A stretch of DNA of 64,000 nt from Centroscyllium fabricii. Taxonomy: Eukaryota. The notes beneath the pieces were generated by a model. The model saw only the letters and a program-made list of their open reading frames with translations, made no database searches and was not told the DNA's origin. Shown here piece by piece: positions 12,232-25,300 of the stretch; positions within the stretch are counted from its first letter, which is position 1; the number at the start of each line of letters is the position of its first letter. Where the stretch lies: NCBI GenBank assembly GCA_051313645.2, contig JBNRSN020000032.1, positions 30,256,001-30,320,000 on the forward strand, read 5' to 3'. A program made the translations under genes and the position numbers.

Positions 12232-12979
12232 GGCCCAAAATTTGCCATCGGAGGTTTCCCACTGGCAGATGCCTCCGACCTGTAAAAAAATTCTCCGCAT
12301 TTACCTGGTGGCCCGGGGAGTTATGGAGGCGTGCAATCCCGGGCCTCTGCAGGTCCGCGCGGGCAGGGGCCCACTATCACAGGGGCGCATGGGGTTCGCA
12401 AGCGCCCCTGGGATCACATGGGTTGACCCAACCAATAAAAGGGAATCCCCATCCATACTTATGGGAACTGCGTACGTACGGAATCCCCATAAGTATGAAT
12501 GGGGATCACTTTAAAAAAATACACGAACACATGAAATACATTTTAAAATACATTACCTATTTAAAATGAATTAAAATGCCATTTAATTAGATATTTTAAA
12601 TGAAAATGTTACTTTTTGAAAAAAAATTAAATATGTTTTAACAGGGCTAAAAATAAATTGGACAGGGCTCTTAATGTATAAATGAGTGATAACACTATTT
12701 TTCTTTCTTTTTTTTTTAAACTCATGCTGGTGAAAGCAGCCCTTACTCCTGAGGTTACCAGGCATAAGAATTTCACAGGCATTCAGCGGGCGGAAGTTGA
12801 GAAAATAGCGCAATTCTCCACCCGCAGAGGCCCTTCTCCCGGGGATACGGAGGATCTGACAGATCGCAAGTTCTGGGTTTACGCACATGCGCTTCGCCCG
12901 CCTAAACCCAGAACTTGCACGGCCCCTATGGGCGCGTACACACCTCATCCGCACCCGTAAGAGTCGCAAAATACAGCCC
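12232..12979. mobile_element. Harbinger-type MITE
   Basis: Imperfect termini GGCCCAAAATTTGC / GCAAAATACAGCCC, internal palindromes (CCCCATCCATACTTATGGGAA / CCCCATAAGTATGAATGGGG), no ORF. Confidence 0.5.
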
Positions 12980-13138
12980 CTTGTGTCCAACATCATACCA
13001 GGTCCAGCAGCTCACTTGTGTACAAACACCACGATTGCTGCACTGCTGCTGACTTGATTTCGCAATCACAATGACATTTAATGGAATCAGCGAGGAATTT
13101 ACATAACCAGTCATTAAAAAAACAAATTACTGCTGAAT
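12980..13138 (-). pseudogene. Possible decayed last coding exon of a hyaluronidase (HYAL/SPAM1 family)
   Basis: Pyrimidine tract + CAG acceptor, then GYVNSSLIPLNVIVIAKSSQQQCSNRGVC, resembling the HYAL Y....L.PY..NVT.AA..CS...C...G.C motif. Stop near the start; cut by a MITE. Confidence 0.35.
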
Positions 13139-14132
13139 CTGAAAAATAAACCTCCTTACCCATACACGGTTTATGCTACTAGTTTGAGCTTGCAGTCAAC
13201 TCAACAATCAAACATTACAGGTGACATACTTTCTGATGGATTATTGCTTAATCCTGAAAGTAAAATATCTGTACAAGTAAAATATCTGTACACTTATCAA
13301 ACATCGCTCTCTTGGCCTTGCCGCCAAGTTGATATTTAGAGGTTATTTTACGTGCCTAATGGTGACACACACAAGCTCGACCCCAGTTTCAAGGTAAGCT
13401 GTTTCAGCAATGAGTCATGCCCCCAAAATTGCCCAATTTGGCAACGGTGCTTCTTTTAATATAGTCCATGGAAACATTCTATTCCTTTTTTTGTGAAAGT
13501 GTTATAAAGTATTCCCTCTCAATTTCTGGCTTAACATATTTGTGCGTTTGAAACAGATGCATACTACCTTTAGCCTTCTCGTGCCTGGTTATAGTGACCG
13601 TTCTTCACCTGTGAGCCTGGACGATGAATCATCAACCATCTATTTATTTGTCCAGGGAAAACAAACCAATCCTGGAAATGTACACACAATTCCAACAGGG
13701 GTTGTTGGATACTATTCAAGAACCACAGCTGATTCTTCTCCTTCAAAGCCCAATGATTCAGAGACCATCTGTAACCCTCCTCCCCCTGCACTGCAGCCCC
13801 AGTCAAGATTAGCTAAAAGAGTGCAGTTTAAACCTGGAGTATTCCTGGTCTTCGTGGATCAATGCCACACCATCCAGTACATTCAGCCATAGAGGCATTA
13901 AGGGGGAGGGAGATAAGGAAAGTTAATACCCTGTACCGTAAATATGTAATTGTAGCACTGATACCACAAAATACATTTTTAACATTTTACAGCTGAAACC
14001 CATTGTGCACTCACACATTTCATGATGACTTTTGCAGACAAACGATCTGCCAGTTCTGCCTTTAGGGCCTAAAAATGTGGACCTTTTGGGAGTAAGACTA
14101 GGAAAGAAAACTGACAGCATGTGTTACTGTAC

Positions 14133-14208
14133 CTGGCAGGAAAGGAATATAGCGCTGCTTGGGGTCCTTCTGGCCTCCTTCCACTGGAAACGTATCCAAC
14201 AGCTGCAT
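14133..14208 (-). CDS. SH3PXD2A: 76-bp internal exon of an SH3PXD2-family gene (Tks5/Tks4 PX domain); A vs B paralogue not resolved
   Basis: tcttcttgtcgtgtccctcAG|ATG...CCAG|GTacag, translating to [25 protein letters not shown](G). Tks5 as recalled reads [26 protein letters not shown]. Confidence 0.85.
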
Positions 14209-15043
14209 CTGAGGGACACGACAAGAAGAATTAGAGAACGCACTTTCAAATACAGTCAAATCTCAATATTCTCAAGAAGAAATGGGAAATCTATTTACTT
14301 AAAATATACAAAGGCTGGAAGCTTTCCACGAGTACCACATGAATTAGCTTGAAATGCAACGTGAGCGGACATGCGGTTTAACTCATTTGCTTTGCTGTAA
14401 CTAGAACTTAAGGGATCTGGCTAGGATATCATTTATCGTACTATCTGCAGCATTAATAGGTTGCACATTGTTACATCAATCCATACTTCCATCCATCATT
14501 CAGCCAAAACATCAGATACAGAATTGTTTCAATATAAAGTGAGATTTTTATTGATTTTTTTGCGAAACAAATCACGGAGGACCAAATATTTGGCGATACA
14601 TAGAAAGAAAGAGTTTGTCTGTTCCACACCAGGGTAACATTGAAGAAAGTTACTGCAGAAACATTTCATTCAGAAGCGGAGGAGACAGCTTGGGGGGAAA
14701 AAAATTCAGTCAAAGAAAGGAATGGGAAGGTGGATTTTAGCTCCCTCTGCTCGGCAGATACTGGGCAGAATGGGAGTTAAAATTGAGCGGCTCTATTATC
14801 TGCTCAATCCCTGTCACAGCTGGTTTAACTCTGCATGCTTTTGCCGGCAGCAGAGGTACCCATCTGACTTGGGCAGCAGTCTCATTAATATATGCTACTT
14901 GGGGCTGTGACATAAATTGGACCCCAATGCCATTTTAACAGCGCACTGAGCAAGGCGTCTGATGTGGGTACCCAGCTCAGTAAAACCTGTCAGGGAAGAA
15001 GTGGTGGCATTAAAAAGGTAAGTTTTAAACATCTTTCTCGGAC

Positions 15044-15405
15044 CTTGAGCACATAAATCTAGGCTGACTCTTCAGTGTAGTGTTGAACTGTTAGAAGTGC
15101 TGTCTTTTGGATGAGTCGTTAAACTCAGATGGACGTAAAAGATCCCAAGGCACTAATTTGAAGAAGAGCAGGGGAGTTCTCCCCCGTGTCCTGGTCAATT
15201 TTTATCCCTCAATCAACATCACTAAAATAGATTATCTGATCATTAACACATTGCTGTTTGTGGGAGCTTGCTGTGCGCAAATTACCTGCTGCATTCCCCA
15301 CATTACAACAGTGACTACACGCCAAAAGTACTTCATCAGCTGTAAAGGGCTTGGAGATGTCCGGTGGTTGTGAAAGGCGCTATATCAATGCAAGTCTTTC
15401 TTTCT
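15044..15405 (+). mobile_element. DeuSINE-like (SacSINE1/AmnSINE1-related) SINE
   Basis: Deu-domain-like GATGGACGTAAAAGATCCCA...GAAGAGCAGGGGAGTTCTCCCC...ATTGCTGTTTGTGGGA and tail GCGCTATATCAATGCAAGTCTTTC. Confidence 0.7.
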
Positions 15406-16381
15406 GGAAGAAAAGGATTGCTCCTCTGGGCCTCACCTGAAAGTCTGACCCTCTGCTTCCCCAGACTCTGTCAATCCCCTGCCCTGCAACCAGTGGGCGG
15501 CCTCAGGTCACCTGATCTTCAACGAGCAGTCGGCCAGCTGCCTGCCCAAATGAATGTGAATGAGGCCTGCCAGTTAACATTGGCCAGGCCTGCCACGGAG
15601 ACTCCCGGGCGCTTGGCTGTAATTCCGCTGGCTTCCCGCCCAGCAGTTAAAAACCCTCCTAAAGTGTTGAAGAAAAAAGAATAAGAAAGATAAAGACAAC
15701 AGGAGAGACTGAAGAAAGGAAGAAACAAAATAAGGTATAGAAAAATAAAAACAAAAAATTGAAAGGCAAAACAAAAAGGAAAAATGAAGAGCTTACAGTA
15801 ACTAGTGGCATTCAACTGATTGCAGTCTATGCCGTGCTGAGATTTTTTTTTTTTGTAAATCCTTATTCCCCGGCATAATGACTTCCTGTAAAGGAGGTAT
15901 ATGTAGCTCCAATAAAATTTGATTTTCATTTCAACAGAGTAGTTTTAATGGGCATATTGGGTGTAATAAATTAGCTCTTAGCATCACAATTAACCCTTCT
16001 GCTTTCAACAATATGCCTTAAAGAGTACCCTGAAATCTGACAGAAACTATGCGAGAGGGCCACCAGTTTGCAGACAAAATAGGGTGGCTTTGGGTTCATA
16101 AAAATTGTCGCGAAAATGGGGCTGGATGCCAGATCCCAGGATTATTCAGCCACCACAAGTCTGCACGCTTGCCACGCAGGAGTAACAAAAGTCGTCTTCA
16201 TTTGAGGACAGAACAATCTCATGGCTGTCCACGGCAGCTCCAAAACATGCTACTGTATCCTTATTTAAATGAAGCATTAGAATTGAATGCTACTTTTTAA
16301 CATTATAACGAATAGTCTCCACTGAAACAAGAGGATATTTGTATGGGTCCATTATTCCGTTGCATGGCCACACAGTAACTG

Positions 16382-16520
16382 CAAAAAGTCACACAACACC
16401 AGGTTTATAGTCCAACGTTTTATTTTAAATCACGTTGGACTATAAACCTGGTGTTGTGTGACTTTTTGCATTTGTCCACCCCAGTCCAACACCGGCACCT
16501 CCACATTATGGCTACTATCG
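16382..16520. mobile_element. Short inverted Penelope-derived element (ribozyme part absent)
   Basis: Palindromic arms AAAAAGTCACACAACACCAGGTTTATAGTCCAAC. 12-bp TSD ACACAGTAACTG (16370-16381, 16521-16532). Confidence 0.7.
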
Positions 16521-16998
16521 ACACAGTAACTGGGTCTACTTCCAAAAAGCCTGCAGCAACAAAATAATAAGAGGCCAATGCTGAAAAACCTGTTCCAAAT
16601 AAAATAAGAGGATCTGCTTAAAGTACTGCTGGTGTTTCTAATTAGCAGATGCATGGACACGTGTTCAGTGTTGACTGACAATTTGGAGCAGTGCTCGACA
16701 GCTGATCTCTGGCTCAAAGTGAAGACTTTCATATATATATCTATATGCGCTGGACACAGATTTGAGAATCTGGCAAAGATTTAGAACATTACACAAATAT
16801 TGTCTCTCAAACTAGGAACAGCAATTACATACGCAACCTTTAATAGTGATACACAACAGCTTTATTGGCATGTAAAAAAAAAACTGGTTCACTTAGCTCT
16901 TGTTTGCCGCTATAAATATTGCAAAGTTAACAAATCTGTAATAAATAAAACCCAACCTTTTGGTGGATTTCATTTATTCTGATGTAACTTATTTAAGT

Positions 16999-17219
16999 AA
17001 GAAGTCACAACAGCAGGTTATAGTCCAACAGTTTTATTTGAAATCACAAGCTTTCGGAGCGCTGCTCCTTCCTCAGGTGTAATGCATCTCTCTTACACCT
17101 GAGGAAGGAGCAACGCTCCGAAAGCTTGTGATTTCAAATAAAACAGTTGGTCTATAACCTGGTGTTGTGTGACTTCTCGCGTTTGTCCACCCCAGTCCAA
17201 CACCGGCACCTCCACATCA
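16999..17219. mobile_element. Penelope-derived element with inverted terminal repeats, each containing a minimal hammerhead ribozyme
   Basis: ~80-bp inverted arms around a ~10-bp spacer. 13-bp TSD AACTTATTTAAGT (16986-16998, 17220-17232). Confidence 0.8.
17096..17130 (+). ncRNA. Minimal type I hammerhead ribozyme (mirror copy on minus strand at ~17045-17079)
   Basis: CAC-CTGAGGA-A-GGAGC AAC GCTCC-GAAA-GCTT-GTG: CUGAnGA and GAAA core, perfect stem II, palindromic stem III, stem I CAC/GTG. Confidence 0.7.
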
Positions 17220-18279
17220 AACTTATTTAAGTGCAGCGTTCCCACAGGGTCAGGCACAGATGGGCTCAAGGTGAGCCCCAGACTGAAGTGGTTTCAATGG
17301 ACCCAGGTTGTTTACTGCTTGTGGGTCAAAATATAAAAGGACCCGAGAAATGTTCAAGAACTTGCAGAGTTGGTGCATATGGAGTTGTTTATTTTCACCT
17401 CAAGTTCCTTTTCAAAATATTGCTTAAATTTTTTTTATTTCTCCTTCCTGTTGAATAGTATATTAAATAAGTCTCACCATCAGGATACTTTTAAAGAATC
17501 AGTTACAAAGAATTGATGAATAAATCAATTTATCTGATTAATTTCAACATTCTTTTGGGTTTTTTGTTGATTTCTCTGGGTTTTTTAAAATTATATTTTT
17601 GAAATTTAACAGGGGGGAAACTAGTCAGGAGAGGCTACCAAGCCTGACAGTGCAGAGAAATAAAATTAAATACAGACTGGTGAAATAATGCAATCACTAT
17701 TGCACCCATGTTAATGACCATTTCTACCGATATTATCAATTCAACTTGCTTAGACCATCAAGTTAAGTACATCCTCCCAGTCCAAACCCCAGGGGGGTCA
17801 TCACTCAACCAACCAAGACATTAAAAAAAAACTATGATGAATGATCTTAAACAATTTGTTTTCGAAGGAGGAATTGATGACAAGACACCCTTTGAAAGTT
17901 AGCAAAAGACACATGCAGAAATTACTGCTGTCCCAAGACCACTCCCAACAGTTTCAGCTTCATTCAAAAAAGGAGATAGCTTGGGAGACAAATGTACTAA
18001 ATGATATGGTGCTAGGCTGTACAGAATAGGAAAGTGTCAGATTCAATCCCTGTCCTGTAGTGAGTTAGCTTATCTCAGTTAGGGCAGCAGAACAGCTGTT
18101 ATATTTGATGTCAGTGCCTTCATCAAGGCACTTAATATTTTAATCCACTAATCGCTAATGAATCCTACCTTACTGCATGACAAGTATAATCTGCCCACAA
18201 AGGATTAGAGATATTTGTGCATCACTTTAAAACATACTACATAAACTACCCTCCTATATGCTGGTGAGTCTTCTAATAC

Positions 18280-18896
18280 AGCAGAGCAATTTATACACCA
18301 GTATGATTCATCGTAACACTCACACAACTTTCCATTGAAATGCCTCACTAGCCTGATTGAGTTTTTTGAGCACGTGACTAAAGTAGAGGATGATGTTCTT
18401 TACTTTGATTCAAAGAACGCCTTAAATAAAGTGCAATGCTATTGAGTAAGATTTCATCATATAGGTTTGGTGATCAGCAATTACGTTGGATAGGAAATAG
18501 GTTATAATCTTGCAACAGAAGCAGATCTGCAAGAGGCCACGTTTTGAGTGGAATCTGCAGAGCTGGGTGTTTGGATCATTGCTATTTATCATTTCAACAA
18601 ATTATTGGATGCTGACATTAATGGAACTATTCACAAATTTGCAGAGGACACAAAAATGTGCACAGGAGTTGGGAATTTAAAGCAAATAAACAAGATGTAG
18701 GTCAAATTAGACAGGATCGGCATATGCCCTTTGATGTGGATAGTTGCAGTGTTATGTATTTGGGTCTGTGAGAGTATAGGCACATGTATACAATAAGGAG
18801 GTGCCCACTAAAAGGTACAGAGCAGGAAAGGAATTGAAGATTTACAAGTAGTGTGATGAGGCTATTGGGAAGGCAAGTAGGATTTTAGGATGCAAT
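18280..18896 (+). mobile_element. Old decayed CR1 RT fragment (host of Gypsy A; continues after ~32508)
   Basis: Eroded LIEFFE, KFA.DTK and LDRIG-like coding remnants. CR1-like 3' tail at ~33130-33370. Confidence 0.6.
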
Positions 18897-19153
18897 TGAT
18901 AGGCCATCAATAATCCAAGCGAGAGGTTTAAGGACTTAAAGGTAGGCATTTAATAACTAAGAACTGTGGTTCATGATCCCACACTGAGTTCTCCAGGTCA
19001 AATGGCTTAAGCCGTTCTGGAGTCCTTTATATAACAAAAGACAAGGGCGGAGCCCAACATACACAATAGACAAAGGTGGGCGGTACATACATTCCCAGTA
19101 CAGGTAAATCCAGGTGAAAAGCACAGTCTGATTAACATATATATTTCATCACA
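18897..19153 (-). repeat. 3' LTR of Gypsy A
   Basis: TG...CA termini; direct repeat of the split 5' LTR; TATATAAA and ATTAAA on the minus strand. Confidence 0.88.
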
Positions 19154-19311
19154 TTTATTTCTTCTTAAAGAATGAGTCTGACTGGGGGTGTGATAGTCCG
19201 CCCCGACCGGCGCAACAGTACCTTGGGTTCGGGCCGGGTGTCTGTGGTGTCCTCCTGGGCATACTCATGTGCTGGGGGTGGTGCAGTCATCTCCCGCCTG
19301 GGCGAGGTCCT

Positions 19312-21892
19312 TTATGGACACAGTGTCCTCACGCCAGTCGGCGTGCCTGACGTACGCGTACTGTGGGTTCGCGTGCAATAGTGTACTGCCTCCACCAGGG
19401 GGTCCATTTTGTGGCCGCTCACATGCTGCCGTAGTAGGACGGTTCCTGGGGTGGAGAGCCACGAGGGTAGGGACACTCCTGAAGTTGATTTGCGGGGAAA
19501 CGCAAACATCTTCTCGTGAGGGGTGGTATTGGTCACGGAGCACAGGAGCGACCTGATCGAGTGGAGTACATCCGGGAGTACCTCCTGCCAGCGGGAGATA
19601 GTAAGGTCTCCAGACGTTAACACTAAGGTGACCGCCTTCCACACCGTTGCGTTCTCCCTCTCCACTTGCCCATTACCCCGGGGGTTGTAACTCGTGGTCC
19701 GACTCGTGGCTATCCCTTTTGACAGCAAGTACTGGCGTAGCTCGTCGCTCATAAACGACGCCCCTCTGTCAGAGTGGATGTAGCTTGGCATGCCGAGCAT
19801 GCAAAACAGGCTGCTGAGGCACTTTATGACCGTGGCACTGGTCATGTCTGGGCAGGGGAAGGCGAATGGGAAACGGGAGTACTCGTGCACGATATTGAGA
19901 AAGTACACATTGCGATTGGTGGAGGAGAGGGGTCCCTTGAAGTCCAAGCTTAGGTGCTCAAATGGCCATGTAGCTTTGATCAGGTGGGCTCGGTCGGGCC
20001 TGTAAAATCGGGGCTTGCACTCCGCACAGATGCGGCAGTTCTTGGTCATGGACCTGACATCTTCAATGGAGTAGGGCAGGTTACGGGATTATCATCAGCT
20101 GGAATAGCCGGGTGACTCCTGGGTGGCAGAGGTCGCTGTGGAGGGCCTGTAGCCTGTCTCCCTGGATGCTGGCATACATCCCTCGTGATAGGGTGTCGGG
20201 GGATTCGTTGAGGGCCCCTGGCCTATATAGATCATACTCGAACGGAGAGAGATCAATCTGCCACCTGAGGACTTTGTCATTTTTGATCTTCCCCCTCGGT
20301 TTATTAATAAACATGAAGGCTACCGACCTTTGGTTGGTAAGCAGGGTGAAGCGTTTCCCGGCTAGGTAGTGCCTCCAGTGCCGCACTGCCGCCACTATAG
20401 CCTGGGCCTCTTTCTCTACCGAAGAGTGCCTGGTCTCGGGCCCTTGGAGGATTCTTGAGAAAAAGGCCACGGGCCGCCCACCCTGATTGAGGGTGGTTGC
20501 TAGGGCGAAGTCAGACGCATCGTTTTCCACCTGGAAAGGGACGTCTTCATCTGCAGCCCGCAGCGCGGCCCTCTCAATATCACGCTTGATACTATGTATA
20601 CTGTTGAAGGTGGCGTGGGCCTCGGCCGTGAGCGGGAAGGATATTGATTTCAGGAGGGGGTGGGCCTTGTTGGTGTAATTGGGGACCCATTGGGCGTAGT
20701 AGGAGAAGAACCCCAGGCACCTTTTCAGGGCCTTAGGGGTGCTTGGTAGGGGGAGCTCCCATAGGGGGCGCAATCGGTCGGGGCCCAGACCGATTACCCC
20801 GTTTTCCACCACGCAGCCCAGGATGCAGAGGCGCATGGTATTAAAAACGCACTTATCCTCCTTATAGGCGAGGTTGAGCCTGTGGGCAGTTTTCATGAAC
20901 CTTGCAAGGTTCGATTCGTGGTCTTGTTGGTTGCGGCTGCAGATGGTAACGTTGTCAAGGTATGGGAAAGTGGCTGCTAACTGGTTCTCGACGACCATGC
21001 GGTCCATCTCCCTCTGGAAGACCGAGACCCCATCCGTTACCCCGAAGGGGACTCTGATGAAGTGGTAGAGGCGTCCGTTCGCGTTCGCCTCAAAGGACGG
21101 TCCTCCGGCCTAATGGAGAGCTGGTGGTATGCCGATTTGAGGTCAATGGTGGAAAACACCCGGTATTGGGCAATTTCGTTGACCATATCTGATATGCGGG
21201 GCAGGGGAAGGCATCCAGCTGGGTGTATAGGTTAACCATCTGGCTATAATCTATCACCATCCGCTTCTTTTCGCTCCCCTCGACTACTACCACCTGGGCG
21301 CGCCATGGGCTGGTACTGCATTCCATGATACCCTCCCGCCGTAGTCTTTCAACTTCCGCCGCAATGAACTGTCTGTCCTCCCGGCTGTGCCGCCTGCTCT
21401 TGGTCGCTATGGGGCGACCATTCGGAGCGAGATTGGCGAACAGGGAGGGCGGCTTGACCTTCAGGGAAGCCAGACCGCACACGGAGGGGCGGCTGGGACC
21501 CACCGAAGGTGAGCGTGATACTTTGGTGGTGGCACTGAAAATCCAGACCCAAGATCACGCTCACAGAGGTCTGGCATTACCAGCAGTTTAAAATCTTTAT
21601 AATCATTGCACTTGACGGACAAGATAACCATGCATAACCCTGTAATATGTGAGGTGTGTGTTTTATCCGCCATGGCGATTTTGCCCTGTGTAGGGACTAC
21701 TATTAGTGAGAGCTTCACCACCAGACTGGGGAGGATGAAGCTTTCGGTGCTCCCGCAGTCAATCAGGCATTTAACATCGTTCCCGTTGACTCTTATGCCC
21801 ATCATCGATTGGGACAGTGGGTGTGGCCTGGACTGGTCCACTGTGATCCAGGCCACCAACAGGTCCAAGATGGCTGCCCCCACGGTGCGCAC
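19312..21892 (-). pseudogene. Gypsy A pol (protease-RT-RNase H-integrase), frameshifted
   Basis: ORF pieces 21461-21892, 21090-21503, 20081-21007 and 19312-20049 align collinearly with Gypsy B pol. Confidence 0.9.
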
Positions 21893-22376
21893 GCGGCGGT
21901 GGGGAGCTGGAGGCGGGGTTCCCTCTGCAGACCTTGTTGAAGTGCCCTTTCTTCCCGCATCTGAAACAGGTGGTGCCTTTCACTGGGCACAGAAGCTTTG
22001 AGTGCCTGTCCTGACCGCAGATGTAACATTTCGGGCCCCGATGCATCGCGGCAGTAGTGGGGCTCCTGGGTGGAGGCTGGAACTCCGATGGTGCTGCGCT
22101 GGCCTGAAAACCGGGAGACGAAGATGGCTTGCAAGATGGCTGCCCCCCACGCCGCGCACGAGGCGGGGTGGACCGCGTGGCCTGAGGAGTAAGACTCCGT
22201 GTTCCTCTGGGCCATATCTAGCGATCGCGCTATGTCCATTGCTTGCTTTAAATCTAGCTTCTCTTTCTCGAACAGCCTCTGCCTTATGTAATTAGAGCCA
22301 AGGCCTGCAATGAAGGCGTCACGGATCAGCTCCTCGGTGTGCACAGTGGCAGACACAGTCTTGCAATTACAGTCTC

Positions 22377-25300
22377 ATAGAAACATAGAAGATAGGAGCA
22401 GGAGTAGGCCATTTGGCCCCTCGAGCCTGCTCCGCCATTCAGTGAGATCATGGCTGATCATTCAAACTCAGTACCCTGTCCCTGCCTTCTCCCCATATCC
22501 CTTGATCCCTCTAGCCTTAAGAAATACATCCAGCTCCTTCTTGAATATATTCAATGAACTAGCCTCCACCACCCTCTGTGGCAGAGAATTCCACAGGTTC
22601 ACCACTCTCTGGGTGAAGAAATTCCTCCTCATCTCTGTCCTAAATGAGTTACCCCTTATCCTTAGACTATGACCCCTGGTTCTGGACTCTCCGACCATCG
22701 GGAACATTCTTCCTGCATCAAGTTTGTCCAGACCAGTTAGAATTTTATACGTTTCGATGAGATCCCCTCTCAATCTTCTAAACTCCAGGGAGTACAAAGC
22801 CAGTCTACCCAGTCTCTCCTCATACGTCAATCCTGCCATCCCAGGTATCAGCCTCGTGAATCTCCTCTGCACTCCCTCCATGGCAAGAACGTCCTTCCTT
22901 AGATAAGGAGACCAAAACTGCACACAGTACTCAAGGTGTGGTCTCACCAAGGCCCTGTACAACTGCAGCAAGACCTCCCTGTTCCTGTACTCGAACCCTT
23001 TCGCTATGAAGGCCAACATACCATTTGCCTCCTTAACCGCCTGCTGCACCTGCATGCTCACCTTCAGTGACTGGTGCACCAGGACACCCAGGTCTCGTTG
23101 TACTTCCCCTTCTCCCAATCTATTGCCATTCAGATAACAGTTGGCATTTCTGTTTTTTCCCCCAAAGTGGATAACCTCGCATTTATCCACATTATACTGC
23201 ATCTGCCATGTCTCGGCCCACTCACCCAACCTGTCCAAATCATCCTGGAGCTTCCTGGTATCCTTCTCGCAGCACACACGCCCTCCCAGCTTTGTGTCAT
23301 CTGCAAACTTGGAGACATTACATTTAGTTCCCTTTTCTAAATCATTGATGTATATTGTGAATAGCTGGGGTCCCAGGACCGATCCCTGCGGTACCCCACT
23401 AGTCACTGCCTGCCACCCGGACGGAAAAAGACCCATTCACTCCCACGCTCTGCTTTCTGTCCGCCAACCAATTCTCAATCTAAGTCAATACCTTGCCCCC
23501 AATCCCATGTGCCCTAACTTTATATGCTGGTCTCTTGTGCGGGACCTTGTCGAACACCTTCTGAAAGTCCCATCTACTGGTTCTCACTGATCAATTTTCC
23601 CAGTTACATCCTCAAAAAATTCCAGCAGATTAGTCCAGCACGATTTACCTTTTGTAAATCCATGTTGACTTTGTCCGATCCTGCCGCTGATTTTCAAGTG
23701 CTCAGCTATTACATCCTTTATTATGGACTCCAGCATCTTCCCCACTACCGATGTCAGGCTTACTGGTCTGTAATTTCCCGCTTGCTGGAAGATAATCAGT
23801 AATGCATCCACTATTTCTAGGGCCACTTCCTTAAGTACCCTAGGATGTAGATTATCAGGCCCTGGGGATTTATCGGCCTTTAATCCCATCAATTTCCCCA
23901 ACACCATTTCCCTGCAAATACGGATATCCTTTAGTTCCTCCCCTTCATCAAACCTTATGTTCCCCAATATCTCTGGGAGGTTACTTGTGTCCTCCTTTGT
24001 GAAGACAGAGCCAAAATATGCATTTAATTGGTCTGCCATTTCTTTGTTCCCCATTATCACTTCCCCTGCTTCTGACTGTAAGGGACCTACACTTGATTTC
24101 ACCAATCTTTTCCTCTTTACATATCTATAAAAGCTCTTAGTCAGTTTTTATATTCCCTGCAAGCTTACTTTCATATTCTACTTTCCCCTTCTTAATTAAT
24201 CCCTTTGTCCTCCTTTGTTGAATCCTAAACTGTTCCCAATCCTCAGGGTTACCGCTTTTTTTGGGCAGTTTATATGCCCTTTCCTTTGATCTTATGCTAT
24301 CCCTAATTTCTCTCGTCAGCCACGGTTGCGTTACCCTTTTTGTTTTATTCTTGTGCCACACTGGGATGAACAACTTCTGTAGTTCATCCATGCAGCCTTT
24401 GAATATTTGCCATTGCCCATCCCCCAGTCAATCCTACCCAGTTCGCACCTCATACCATCATAGTTTCCCTTATTTAGATTCAGGACCCTAGTCTCTGATT
24501 CCACTACCTCACTCTCCATCCTAATGAGGAATTCTATCATGTCATGATCACTCAGACCCAAGGGGCCCCTTACCACAAGATCGGTAATTACTCGTTTCTC
24601 GTTACATAATACCCAGTCAAGGATGGCCTGGTCTCTGGTTGGTTCCTCGACATATTGTTCCAAAAAACCATCCCGTAGACATTCCAGGAATTCCTCAACA
24701 GTATTTTTACTAATTTGATTAGCCCAGTCGATATGTAAATTAAAGTAACCCCATGATGACTGCTGTGCCCTTACTGCAAGCTTCTCTGATTTCCTTTTTA
24801 ATGCCATTCCCAACCTCCATATTACTGTTTGGAGGTCGGTTTACCACTCCCACTAATGTTTTCTGACCCTTGTTATTCTCAGTTCTACCCATACAGACTT
24901 CGCATCATCAGAGTTAATATCCTTCCTTTCAATTGTGTTGATCCCCTGCTTAACCAGCAATGCTACCCCACCACCCTTTCTTTTTTGTCTATCTTTCCTA
25001 AATATTGAGTATCCCTGGATGTTGAGTTCCCAGTCATGGCCACCCTGGAGCCATGTTTCTGTAATCACAATCAAATCAATCATTTACCTCTATTTGTGCC
25101 GCTAATTCATCTACCTTGTTCCGAATGCTCCTTGCATTAAGACACAAGGCCTTCAGGCTTGTTTTTTTAATGCTCTCAGCTATGTATGTATTACTATTCC
25201 CTGTGGCCATGTTCAGTTTAAACTGCTGTGTTCTTTGCCTTATACTTTTCTTTATCTCCTTCTTGCCTTTTACTTTTATTGTTGATCCCCTTTCCTCTGT

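Noticed and set aside
13569-13671. Minus-strand exon-like segment
   Set aside because: Stops in all frames and no identifiable homology.
18891-18896. TSD for Gypsy A
   Set aside because: Flanks at 18896 and ~32508 do not match, and the outer end of the 5' LTR appears partly deleted.
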